64,000 bases of DNA, from assembly GCA_963804995.1 (NCBI GenBank), contig CAWDSK010000003.1, positions 448,001-512,000 on the forward strand, given 5' to 3'. Every line of letters starts with the position of its first letter. Positions within the stretch are counted from its first letter, which is position 1. The stretch comes from an uncultured Acidobacteriota bacterium. Its GTDB lineage: Bacteria > Acidobacteriota > Terriglobia > UBA7540. The notes under the pieces were generated by a model. The model ran no database searches and had not been told where the DNA came from. It worked only from the letters and a program-made list of their open reading frames with translations. Below, piece after piece: positions 38,591-47,966 of the stretch. Made by a program: the position numbers and the translations under genes.

Positions 38591-41185
38591 TCACTCGCGG
38601 GCGCGCGCAACTCCTGCCGGAGGAATGACCGCAACCTTATCGAGTGGCCCTGACAGTTGCGCCTCTGATTGCCGGGCGCTGGGTCTTGGTTCGTCTTCGC
38701 GCGCCAGCCAGTGGCGACGGAGGTGTTGCCAGTCTGCGCGCACTCGCAAGTTGAGCGTGCCATCCCAGGCGTATGCGCCGTTCAATATAAGGGTAGCACC
38801 GTTTAACTCTACGACAGTGTTCTTAAGTGAGACACGGCGGTTGGCGATTTCCAGAGTCATGGCAGCGGAACGGGCCATCACCGGTCCGTGCGCGGGTTCG
38901 AGCGTTCCCCAGTTCGCCTGGCGCGCCAGGGTTTCCAGCGGATCGAAATCGCCAAAGGACAAATCCTTCGAGCGCAGATTCACCTCCCCCGTCAGGTTTT
39001 CGCCCAGCTCGTCGCGGCTGAGGCCCCGTGTCTCAAAATGCCCGGTGGCGTTTACCGTCCCGCGCGCGCGGTGGAGAGCCGTGGGAAAGCGGGAGGTGAG
39101 GGTTGGCACCTGAACGCCCGCGAGCGATACTTGCGCGGACAGGGTGACGGGCGCACTCGCGAAGTCCACTAACCCGCCCGCCTCACCCCGCCCGCCCCCG
39201 GCGCGGAATTTTGCCGACTTCAAACGGATGGTACGGCCGCCGATTTCAAAGGTCCCCTGAAAATCCTTGAGGGTGACATTCCGGTAGCTCACGCTGGGGG
39301 TCGTGAAGCGGCCCTCGGCATTCAGGCTGCCGAAGAGTTGGGAGGCCGCGGTGCGTCGCGCGGTGAAAGAGGCGAGACCCGGCAAGCGCTCCAGCAGCGG
39401 CAGTGGCCGGCGGCGGCCCAGCGCGTCGAACCACAGGGAACCCTGCTCGAGACTCAGGGCATTGGCGCGCAGGTCAAACTGCCAGGGATTCCTCCAGGGA
39501 CCGCGATGCATCAGCTTGGCATCAAAGACGCTTGTGCCCAGTACTGCCACCACCGGGTCAGCGGTGATTCGGTCGTCAGCCACTTGCACGCTCGCGTGGG
39601 GAAGATTAAGCGGCTCCGTCAACCCCGGTATCAACAACCGGACGGCACGTAATTCCGCCCGCGCGGTCAGCACCGGACGCGCCGGTGGCCAAGCCGAACC
39701 CGTCAAATGTACCGAGGTGGTAATGGACCCCGTGGCGTCAAGCCCCTGAAAGGCGCGGTTCCCCAGACTCCGGCCAAAGGCCAGTACGTCGCGCAGGGGA
39801 ACGCTTTTGGCGGAGAGTTGCAGATCATAATGCGGAGCGGCGCCGGAGCGCTCGAGAGTGCCCTCCGCTACCAGGGCGACGCGAGGCGCCATGGCCACTT
39901 GCACCGGCGCGAGGCGGGCCCCGCGGTTGGTGATGCGCACGGCGACCTCAGAGAGCGGGAAGGAACCGGAAGTAGTTTCCAGGCTGACCCCGCGCGCGCC
40001 CACGAACCCGCCATACCTTCGCCCGGCACTGGGGCCCTGGATGGTCAGCATGCCATCCACTCGGCCTTTGAGACTCCAGGAGCTACTGCCGGGTTGCAAG
40101 CGCCGGACCACGGCCAACACATCCTCCAAGCGCGAGCGCTCCAACGCCAACACCAGATCAAGTTGCGGGAAGCTCAGCAGGTCAGCGACCGTCCCGGAAA
40201 GGTGCAGATGGGAATCCGCAAAAGAAGTGTCCAGACTGTCCACCAGCAGGCGCTCGCGTCCCGGCAGGATTTGGCCGCGGAAGCGGATCGTCCATGGCAT
40301 CGGGTCTGAAGGAGGAAGTCCCTCCCAACGGTGGAGCTGGGTGAGGCGCGATGCTCCCTCCACGCTCAGCGCGGGTAAGGAACCCGTGAGGTGGAATTCG
40401 GAATCGAAGAGCCCGTAGATTTCCGGGTTGTGGCCCGTGAGGATGGGAATCCAATCGTAGAGCATCGCGCCGCGGGTGCGTAGGGTGGCTTCGATCGGCC
40501 CACCCAGGTCACGCCCGGGTGTCCACAAACCCTCGGCCTCGACCGGGCCGGGGGTTGGAACCGTAAGGTCCGAGCGCACGGGGCTGGCGGTCATCTGAAA
40601 TTGCACCTGGCGCTGGGCGGGATCGATTCGCAACCGAGCCCTAAGATCGGTGAGCGCAAAAGGTTTCTTGTTGGGGCCCACTTGGAAGTTAATGCGCGCG
40701 TTGTCCGCCACCAAAATGAGTGGCGCGCCTGCCCGGGGATTCGCCGCGCCCGAGGGCGATCCGGCGGGTGCGGTGACGCCACTTTCCAGCAGCAACTTCT
40801 CCACGTTCCATTTCCCAGCGCGATTTAAAACGATGTTGAAGCTGGGGTGGTCCAAGTAAAGGCGCGCAAAGTCGAGGCGCGAGCGCCAGAGGCTTTGCCA
40901 GCGGAGGTCACAATCGATGCGGTCCACGCGCGCGAAGGGCTCAGAACCAAAATCAGGATCTTCCTCCACTTCGGCATTGGCAATGGAGAAACCCGGGCGT
41001 GGCAATAATCGGAAGGAAACGCTCCCAAACTTGACGGGCCGGTGCACGGCGCGCTCAAGGCCTGCCTCAAGGCGACGGCGATAGCGCTCCGCGCTGAAGT
41101 AAGAGGGAACAAACCACGCCGCCAGCACCAGCAGGACTGTGGCGATGGAAAGATTGCGAGCGCGTTGGCGATTCCAAACCATCAT
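38591..41185 (-). CDS. AsmA family protein
   Basis: N-terminal TM, FRLLPRPGF, GKWNVEKLL, long beta-rich body. Confidence 0.8.
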   Translation of the reverse strand: MMVWNRQRARNLSIATVLLVLAAWFVPSYFSAERYRRRLEAGLERAVHRPVKFGSVSFRLLPRPGFSIANAEVEEDPDFGSEPFARVDRIDCDLRWQSLWRSRLDFARLYLDHPSFNIVLNRAGKWNVEKLLLESGVTAPAGSPSGAANPRAGAPLILVADNARINFQVGPNKKPFALTDLRARLRIDPAQRQVQFQMTASPVRSDLTVPTPGPVEAEGLWTPGRDLGGPIEATLRTRGAMLYDWIPILTGHNPEIYGLFDSEFHLTGSLPALSVEGASRLTQLHRWEGLPPSDPMPWTIRFRGQILPGRERLLVDSLDTSFADSHLHLSGTVADLLSFPQLDLVLALERSRLEDVLAVVRRLQPGSSSWSLKGRVDGMLTIQGPSAGRRYGGFVGARGVSLETTSGSFPLSEVAVRITNRGARLAPVQVAMAPRVALVAEGTLERSGAAPHYDLQLSAKSVPLRDVLAFGRSLGNRAFQGLDATGSITTSVHLTGSAWPPARPVLTARAELRAVRLLIPGLTEPLNLPHASVQVADDRITADPVVAVLGTSVFDAKLMHRGPWRNPWQFDLRANALSLEQGSLWFDALGRRRPLPLLERLPGLASFTARRTAASQLFGSLNAEGRFTTPSVSYRNVTLKDFQGTFEIGGRTIRLKSAKFRAGGGRGEAGGLVDFASAPVTLSAQVSLAGVQVPTLTSRFPTALHRARGTVNATGHFETRGLSRDELGENLTGEVNLRSKDLSFGDFDPLETLARQANWGTLEPAHGPVMARSAAMTLEIANRRVSLKNTVVELNGATLILNGAYAWDGTLNLRVRADWQHLRRHWLAREDEPRPSARQSEAQLSGPLDKVAVIPPAGVARARE

Positions 41186-41946
41186 CAGCGCACAAACATC
41201 AAGGTGCGCCGCCAGCGGGTCTTGGTGGGGAAATGGATGATCAGATCCACGACCTGGAAGATACGGTCGCGCAATGAATTGTGCATGTACTCGTCGTGCG
41301 GCGTCTCAAACGACCAGTAGATCAGGAGCGGCCGGCCACTGACCACGCTGCGCGGAACAAAACCCCAGAAACGGCTATCCCAACTCTGTTCCCGGTTGTC
41401 CCCCATCACAAAAAACTTGCCAGGCGGCACGACCAGTTCATTGTCGTGGACATTGCTGGCTATTTCCGCGCCCCAGCTACTTGTGGCGCCACGCAGATAC
41501 TCAGTGTCGGGAGGCGGAAAGTCGTCGCCGGGACGGAGCTCATCAGTATAGGTGTGGTTAACGTAAGGCTCGTAAAGCGGCTGTCCATTCACGAAGACCT
41601 GTCGATGGAAGATTCGAATGTGGTCACCGGGCAGCCCGATCACCCGCTTCACAAAATGCTCGCCCGGCTCAGTCTGCTCGTCGGTGGGCGGAAACTTGAA
41701 TACCACGATATCGCCCCGGCGCAATTCGCGGTAAGGGAGGAGGCGGGTCAGGAAATTCCCCGGGGAGGCGAAAACAAATTTATTCACCAGAAGATGGTCG
41801 CCGATCAGCAGGGTGTTTTCCATGGACCCGGTGGGGATCTTGAACGCCTGGAGGACGAAGGTGGTCCCGAAAATAGCCAGGATGACGGTGACGACCAGCG
41901 ACTCAAAGGTGTCGCGCGTGGACGATTTCGTGTGGGGCTCAGCCAT
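41185..41946 (-). CDS. lepB: Signal peptidase I
   Basis: IPTGSMENTLLIGD, VKRVIGLPGD, MGDNREQSWDSRFWG. Confidence 0.95.
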   Translation of the reverse strand: MAEPHTKSSTRDTFESLVVTVILAIFGTTFVLQAFKIPTGSMENTLLIGDHLLVNKFVFASPGNFLTRLLPYRELRRGDIVVFKFPPTDEQTEPGEHFVKRVIGLPGDHIRIFHRQVFVNGQPLYEPYVNHTYTDELRPGDDFPPPDTEYLRGATSSWGAEIASNVHDNELVVPPGKFFVMGDNREQSWDSRFWGFVPRSVVSGRPLLIYWSFETPHDEYMHNSLRDRIFQVVDLIIHFPTKTRWRRTLMFVR

Positions 41947-42676
41947 GTGTTCCGAGGTCCTTTTCCAGCTCCGCCAGAATTATCCGGGCCGCTTCCTGTT
42001 CGCCAACCTTCTTGCTTCCGCCGCGCCCGCGGGCTACGCGATCGCCTCCTGCCACCACTTCCACCGTAAAGGTCTTCTGGTGTTCCGGCCCCGACTCCTC
42101 GACCACGCGGTATTCGGCCGCAGGCAGGCGGGCCGCCTGCAGACACTCTTGCAGGGCCGACTTATAATCGATCGGGAAGAGTTCCTGCGCGCCGGCCTCA
42201 AGATCGTCAGGAATAATGAAGCGTGCAATGAACTGGCGGGCCGCCTCAATGCCCCCGTCGCGGTAAAGCGCTGCGATCAGAGCTTCCAGCGCATTGACCA
42301 GAAGTGCCGGCTTGTTCCGGCCCCCGGTCTTCTCTTCGCCGCGTCCCAAGCGCAGGTGCTCCCCCAATCCCATGCGGTTCGCCACGTCGTGCAAGTGGGG
42401 AGCCGCCACCAGATGGGAACGCGCCCGCGTCAGTTGGCCTTCCTCCCAATCCGGAAAAGTATCCGCCAGTATCACGCTGACCACAAAGGTCAGGACCGCA
42501 TCGCCCAGGAATTCAAACTGCTCGTTGTCGCGAGGGCAGTCAGATGACTCTTGCGCAAACGAGGCGTGCGTCAAGGCTTCCAGGAGGAATTGAAGGTTCC
42601 CAAACCGATGGCCGATCGAGGCCTGAAATTGTTCGAGCGTGTTTTCCGCCATGCTCTCCGTGCGCTGCTCTGCCAC
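41939..42676 (-). CDS. rnc: Ribonuclease III
   Basis: ALTHAS, NEQFEFLGDAVL, C-terminal dsRBD (DYKSALQE, GPEHQKTF). Confidence 0.95.
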   Translation of the reverse strand: MAEQRTESMAENTLEQFQASIGHRFGNLQFLLEALTHASFAQESSDCPRDNEQFEFLGDAVLTFVVSVILADTFPDWEEGQLTRARSHLVAAPHLHDVANRMGLGEHLRLGRGEEKTGGRNKPALLVNALEALIAALYRDGGIEAARQFIARFIIPDDLEAGAQELFPIDYKSALQECLQAARLPAAEYRVVEESGPEHQKTFTVEVVAGGDRVARGRGGSKKVGEQEAARIILAELEKDLGTHG

Positions 42677-42833
42677 TTAGGGACCACAAACCACGCCGCC
42701 CCAACGTGCTCCTGGAATAGTCGGCAATCCCTGGCAGGAATCCATTTCCAGGTCCGTGGCCCCTTTACGCGGCCGTGGGGGGACGGCTTGCCGTACCCCT
42801 ACGACCAGGGCGGTGGAACTCCGTCGCGAAGCA

Positions 42834-43856
42834 CTAGGGCTTGGCTTGCGTCTTCAGCTTTTTCAGAGCTTCGATTTGCTGATCGGAATACTGCTTGATG
42901 GCCGTGCCCTGCCCTAACTCGCCGGCCTTGGTAAAGGCTTCGATGGCTTGATCCAGCTTGCCATCCATTTTATAGGTTTCGCCCATCCGGTAGTAGTCCC
43001 GCGGATCCGGGTGCTCCGTGAGGGTTACGGCCTTGGTGTATGCCTGTTCCGCCTTGGCCAATTCATCCTTATCGATTCCCGTCAGACCCAACTGCGCCTT
43101 CTGCAAGTGGATCATGCCGAGGCCCGAATCGACAGTAGCCATGTATTCGTTCTTGCGCTTGGCCAAGTCCGCATCCGACTCATTAGGTTGTTTCTTAAGG
43201 TCGTCGATCAGCTTTAGAGCATCCTGGGCATAACCCTCCGCCAGGGCCAAGTCCGCCTCGGGGTTCGTCCTCTTGCCCAGGTATTGGGGTTGAGGTATCA
43301 TGGTGCTGATCATAATCAAAGTCATCAAATTGTCTTTCTTCAGATTCAAGCTCTTCTTGCAGATATCCACGACCTTCGCCGCGTCGTTCTTCTGCTGGTA
43401 AGCATTCGCCTCGAGGGCGTAGGCATAACTGAGCGCCGGACTGTTGGGATATTTCGTAGCGAAGTCCTCGACCAGAGTGATAGTTCGGGCGGGATCCAGT
43501 TCGTTCCGGATCGCCGAAAAGTCCTTGCCCTCGTCGGCAGTAAGCACCATCCCTCCCGCCGCAACGATTCCGGCCGCCTTGGCGTTGGCACGGGCCTTCG
43601 GACCGGCGCCGCTAACCGCCTGCACTACCGCATCCGTAGCCTTGGCCTTGCGCAGGTCCTTCTCAATATCGGGGGTCATGTCGAAATCCACTCCGCGCTG
43701 GCCGACATCTTTAATAACCTGGTCAGCCCCCTGGCTCTTCAGCTCTTTGGTCACTTCCTTTTGCGTCATCGGCACGGGCGCGCTCGGGGTCTGGGCAAAT
43801 ACCAGACTCGTGAGAACCAGCGCCACTACAATTAAAAGGGTAGATTTGATTTTCAT
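42834..43856 (-). CDS. Exported tetratricopeptide-repeat protein
   Basis: Signal peptide; TPR-like helices (YYRMGETYKMDGKLDQAIEAFTKA); AGGAG RBS. Confidence 0.75.
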   Translation of the reverse strand: MKIKSTLLIVVALVLTSLVFAQTPSAPVPMTQKEVTKELKSQGADQVIKDVGQRGVDFDMTPDIEKDLRKAKATDAVVQAVSGAGPKARANAKAAGIVAAGGMVLTADEGKDFSAIRNELDPARTITLVEDFATKYPNSPALSYAYALEANAYQQKNDAAKVVDICKKSLNLKKDNLMTLIMISTMIPQPQYLGKRTNPEADLALAEGYAQDALKLIDDLKKQPNESDADLAKRKNEYMATVDSGLGMIHLQKAQLGLTGIDKDELAKAEQAYTKAVTLTEHPDPRDYYRMGETYKMDGKLDQAIEAFTKAGELGQGTAIKQYSDQQIEALKKLKTQAKP

Positions 43857-44060
43857 GTTCGTTTTTTGCTCTCCTGAATATGGCAATTACTCTAATGAAT
43901 GATTCGTGTTCAAACCCCTGAGCCTACAGGAAAGGATCCCCCCTGTCAATCAAGGTGGGTGAGGCGGGTGCGCGACATAAATGTAACGCTCTGGGCTGGC
44001 TCTTTTTTTGTCGCTTATATCCTAACGTATATGATACGTTAGGATAGAGGAGGCCTTAAC

Positions 44061-44465
44061 ATGCCCCAATCCCTTAACGTCCTGGAGAACCAACGGGCGG
44101 AGTTGATCCGCCAGATCGCCCAACTGGGTGACCTCCGCAGTGGTTCGATCACCAGCATTACCGCCCGCTGCGGCAAGTCCAACTGTCACTGTCATCAGCC
44201 CCATCATCCCGGCCACGGCCCTAACTTCCGGCTCACTTACAAGGTGCAGGGCCGGACCGTCAGCGAAACCTTCCCCAGCCCTGCCGCCCGGCACCAGGCG
44301 GAACGACAGATTGCCGAGTTCCGCAGGTTTCAACAACTGCGCCGGGCCTTCGTGGAGGTGAACGAAAAAATCTGCCGTCAGCGCCCCCTCCCCCAGGAGG
44401 CCGAAGCGGCGGAGCAGGAAAAAAAACGGCGGAAGCCATTCAGCGGGAAGTGGCGCGAGAAGTAG
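44061..44465 (+). CDS. IS ORF1 (DUF6788-like, CGKxxCxC...HGP)
   Basis: GSIT...RCGKSNCHC...GHGP motif inside the IS ends. Confidence 0.75.
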   Translation: MPQSLNVLENQRAELIRQIAQLGDLRSGSITSITARCGKSNCHCHQPHHPGHGPNFRLTYKVQGRTVSETFPSPAARHQAERQIAEFRRFQQLRRAFVEVNEKICRQRPLPQEAEAAEQEKKRRKPFSGKWREK

Positions 44466-45778
44466 AGTCCCTGCTGGCGGTGATCTTTGCTGGGCGGCGC
44501 AAGTCCGGGACGCTGGATTTGGAAGCCGTCGAGATGGCCACACGCGCGGCCATGCACCGGGCGGGGGCGGCGGTGCTGGAGGAGTTGCTGGCCGCCCCGG
44601 ACGAGTGCCCTCGCCAAGTTCCCTGCGGCTGTGGTCGGGGGGCACCCTACCGCGGCAGGCGTCGGAAGCAACTGCTGACCGTGCTGGGGCGGGTCGAGAC
44701 CGAGCGTCCCTATTACGTTTGTCCGGCCTGTCACCGGGGACAGAGTCCCCGCGATCAGGAACTGGATGTGGAGGGCACGGAATATTCTCCTGGGGTGCGA
44801 CGGATGATGGCGGTGGTGGGCAGCGAAACCTCCTTTGCGCTCGGTCGAGAACAACTGCAACTGCTGGCCGGGTTGGAGGTGACCACCAAGGCCGTGGAAC
44901 GGCAGGCAGAGGCTCTGGGCGCCGAGATTGCTGCCCAGGAACAAGCCTCGATCCAGCAAGGCCTGCAACGGAACTTGCCGCAGGTGAGGGGACCGGAAAT
45001 TCCGGTACTCTATGTGGAGATGGATGGGACGGGAGTACCGGTGGTGAGTTCGGAAACCGAGGGTCGAGCGGGGAAACAGAGCGAGCAAGCGCGCCCGCGG
45101 GAAGTGAAATTAGGTTGTGTCTTCGCCCAGACAACACGGGATGCCCGGGGCCGACCGGCGCGCGAAGAAGGCTCCACCACCTACACGGGAGGCATCGAAA
45201 CGGCCGAGGTTTTTGGGCGACGCATCTACCTCGAAGCATATCGTCGGGGCTGGAACCGGGCCCAAAAGAAAGTGGTGATCGGCGATGGTGCTCCTTGGAT
45301 TTGGAACCTCACCGCCGAGCACTTTCCGGGAGCCATTCAGATTGTGGATCTTTATCATGCCCGACAGCACTTAGGGGAGCTGTCGGGCCAGCTCTGGCCC
45401 ACCGACGAGCGCCACCGCCGAAGGTGGACCAGAAAACGGGAGGAGAAGTTGGAGAGCGGGCGGATCGAATCCCTAGTGCGCGATTTGCGCTCGCTGTTCC
45501 CAGCCACGCCCGAAGCCGCCGAACTCTTGCGCCACGCGGCAGATTATTTTACCGTCAACGCCCAACGGATGCGCTATCCGACCTTTCGGCGTCAGCATCT
45601 GTTCGTAGGTTCCGGGGTCGTCGAAGCCGGCTGCAAAACCCTCATCGGCACTCGGCTGAAGCGCTCCGGTATGTTCTGGAGGGTCCGCGGGGCCAATGCC
45701 ATCATCGCCCTTCGCTGCCATCGCTTGAGCGGCAAATTCGAGGATTACTGGGAGAACCGTCGCCCCCGCGCGGCCTGA
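44450..45778 (+). CDS. ISKra4-family DDE transposase
   Basis: MDGTGVP, IGDGAPWIW, VDLYHARQHL, GSGVVEAGCK, RLKRSGMFW. Confidence 0.88.
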   Translation: MAREVESLLAVIFAGRRKSGTLDLEAVEMATRAAMHRAGAAVLEELLAAPDECPRQVPCGCGRGAPYRGRRRKQLLTVLGRVETERPYYVCPACHRGQSPRDQELDVEGTEYSPGVRRMMAVVGSETSFALGREQLQLLAGLEVTTKAVERQAEALGAEIAAQEQASIQQGLQRNLPQVRGPEIPVLYVEMDGTGVPVVSSETEGRAGKQSEQARPREVKLGCVFAQTTRDARGRPAREEGSTTYTGGIETAEVFGRRIYLEAYRRGWNRAQKKVVIGDGAPWIWNLTAEHFPGAIQIVDLYHARQHLGELSGQLWPTDERHRRRWTRKREEKLESGRIESLVRDLRSLFPATPEAAELLRHAADYFTVNAQRMRYPTFRRQHLFVGSGVVEAGCKTLIGTRLKRSGMFWRVRGANAIIALRCHRLSGKFEDYWENRRPRAA

Positions 45779-45811
45779 CCCACACAGATTTGTCGCACAC
45801 CCGGGTGAGGC

Positions 45812-47103
45812 GGGGTCGTCAAGTTCTTTGTGTAAAAAGCTCCAGGGTGTGGTTTTGCCAATCTTCGTTGAAGCGGTTGAAGATCGCATAGATGATCCGG
45901 TCGACGCTCTGTGTGTTCGTAAACACGACGATGGGTCGAGTTCGACGCCTTACCTCCACGAAGCAGCGCTCGATAGCGTTGGTGGTGCGCAGCTTCTTCC
46001 AGAGGTGCTTGGGAAAGTTAAAGAAGGTGAGCAGTTCGGGCAGATCCTTCTGCAAGCTTTTGACCACGCGGGGATAGAGCGACTGCCAGTGGCGCTGGAA
46101 GCAGCGGAAGGCTTGGCGGGCCTCGGCCAAATGGAGCGCCTGATAGATTCTCTGGGCGTCCTGCTTGACCCGATCATGATCACGCCGCCGCACCGCCTCG
46201 CCGATATTCCGCATCTTGTGGACCCAGCAGCGCTGATGGGGCGCGGCCCCGTAGACGGTCTGCAGGGCCGCGGCCAGGCCGGCGCAGCCGTCGGTAATGA
46301 TCAGTTGGAGCTGATGGCCCTTTAAGCCGCGCTGAAACAGGTTTTGCAACATTCCCTCCCACGCCGCCTGGCTCTCGCCCCGGGCGCGCACGAAGGCCAG
46401 CAGTCGTCGCTCGCCGTTGGGTCGAATGCCGTAAGCAACCAGCAAGAGCACACGCTGCGGCCCGAAGCTCCGGCGCACCTTCATCCAGACGCCGTCCAGC
46501 AGCAGGTAAGCCCAATCGTCTTCTAACGCCGCCTCCTGAAAGGCGCGCACCTGGGCGTCCAGCACCCGCGTCAGGCGCGAGACCGTTTGCGCGCTGATCG
46601 GCTCGCCCGTCACCAACGCTACCACCCGACCCACCGCCCGCGTCGGGATCCCCCGCAAAAAGGCTTGCCGAATCAGTTCCGCCACCTCCGGCGCCCGCCG
46701 CTCAAAGGCGCCCAACACGCGGGGCAGAAACGAGCGGAAGCGCGTGCGCCGAACTCGAAAGCGGATGATTCCCCAAGGCGTCGCGTAGTCCCGTTCGTAG
46801 CAACCATTGCGACTGTCCACCCGTGGCTCATCCTCCGCCGCCCGCTCGTACCAGTGCAGCCCCAGGTACTCTTCCATCCGTTGTTCCGAGTCCACCTCCA
46901 GCATCTCTTTCACCGTCTGCTGGACCTGCCCCTGCAGGTCCCCCCAGAAACTCTCCTTCAGCTCTTGCACAAAGCCGGCGAACTGTTTCGTGCTATAGTC
47001 CCTTTTCATCAGGGGTGTAGGCCTCCGTTTCTTGGAGATTTTGTTGCTCGCACAACAAAACCTACACCCTCTCGCTTTTTACACAGAAGAAGTCAGACAC
47101 CCC
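45812..47103 (-). mobile_element. IS256-family insertion sequence
   Basis: Ends GGGGTCGTCAAGTTCTTTGTGTAAAAAGC and GCTTTTTACACAGAAGAAGTCAGACACCCC; no target duplication visible. Confidence 0.82.
45819..47009 (-). CDS. IS256-family transposase
   Basis: RNGCYER, YLLLDG, ITDGCAGL, QRCWVHKMRN, RTTNAIER. Confidence 0.93.
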   Translation of the reverse strand: MKRDYSTKQFAGFVQELKESFWGDLQGQVQQTVKEMLEVDSEQRMEEYLGLHWYERAAEDEPRVDSRNGCYERDYATPWGIIRFRVRRTRFRSFLPRVLGAFERRAPEVAELIRQAFLRGIPTRAVGRVVALVTGEPISAQTVSRLTRVLDAQVRAFQEAALEDDWAYLLLDGVWMKVRRSFGPQRVLLLVAYGIRPNGERRLLAFVRARGESQAAWEGMLQNLFQRGLKGHQLQLIITDGCAGLAAALQTVYGAAPHQRCWVHKMRNIGEAVRRRDHDRVKQDAQRIYQALHLAEARQAFRCFQRHWQSLYPRVVKSLQKDLPELLTFFNFPKHLWKKLRTTNAIERCFVEVRRRTRPIVVFTNTQSVDRIIYAIFNRFNEDWQNHTLELFTQRT

Positions 47104-47195
47104 CCACAAAGCGGGTGGCTTGATGAGTGGGGCCGCCTCAAAGGCGGCCACCCGTTAGTTTAGGCGTCGCGCCGAGGCGCGCCTTGGTCATGCAT

Positions 47196-47615
47196 TCAAA
47201 ACTGTCCGCCGCTTCCATCCGCTTCTTCCTGTTCGCGGATGTACTGGCGGACTTGTTCCAACTCGAACCCGACCGTGGACACGGCGTAACCACGGGCCCA
47301 GAGATGTCCTCCCGTGAAGTTTCGCTCCTTGCCGCACAGTCGGGCTACGGCGATAGCGCTCTTCCCCTGGAGAAACCCGATCACTGAGGCCACCGGGTGC
47401 TTGGGGGGAATCGCGATACACATATGCACGTGATCCGGCATCAGATGTCCATCCAAAATCTGGCACTCTTTCTGCCGGGCCAAAGCGTGGAAGATTTCTC
47501 CCAAGTGCCGGCGCGTCTTTCCGAACAGCACCTTGCGTCGTCGCTTGGGAACGAACACGACATGGTATTTGCAGTCCCATCTTGAATGGGATAGGCTCTG
47601 ATAAAGGTCTGACAT
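47196..47615 (-). CDS. tnpA: IS200/IS605-family Y1 transposase
   Basis: YHVVFVPKRRRK, PDHVH (HUH), LWARGY, VRQYIREQE; subterminal hairpins near 47128-47153 and 47700-47716. Confidence 0.93.
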   Translation of the reverse strand: MSDLYQSLSHSRWDCKYHVVFVPKRRRKVLFGKTRRHLGEIFHALARQKECQILDGHLMPDHVHMCIAIPPKHPVASVIGFLQGKSAIAVARLCGKERNFTGGHLWARGYAVSTVGFELEQVRQYIREQEEADGSGGQF

Positions 47616-47966
47616 AACATCCTCCTTTGGGATGGGTTCTCATCAAGCCACCTTGGAGGAGGATGTTACTCTGCTCAACGGTCAAACCTCTTCGAGTCTC
47701 ACTGGTCGAACCAGTGGCTTACGTCAGGGACAGTTACGTCACCTGCTGGGCTGCGTTGAATTCGCGGGCGTCGCATTCCTTATGCTTTACCCCCGTAGAG
47801 ACTCCTCACCCCCACCGCGCAAAACGTGGGGCACCCTTCCCGCGTCCCGATAAATTGTATCGGGACCGCGGTCCACCCTCTCCCCAGCAGAGAGGGCGGG
47901 TCGGAATTTTTCACCACCGATGTGGAAGGGCGGAACTAAGCACGCTGCGGAAAACCGCAAGGCGGA

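Larger units (their letters stand above)
43966..45802 (+). mobile_element. ISKra4-like insertion sequence with 9-bp target duplication
   Basis: TIRs GGGTGCGCGACA/TGTCGCACACCC; GGGTGAGGC at 43957-43965 and 45803-45811. Confidence 0.85.

Noticed and set aside
44022..45891. Long alternative-frame ORFs (405 aa minus, 428 aa plus) over the IS
   Set aside because: Shadow ORFs of a GC-rich transposase with Arg/Pro/Gly-biased composition
47196..47615. TnpA as the RAYT that mobilises the local REPs
   Set aside because: Motifs fit a classical IS200 transposase and it is not flanked by GTAG REPs
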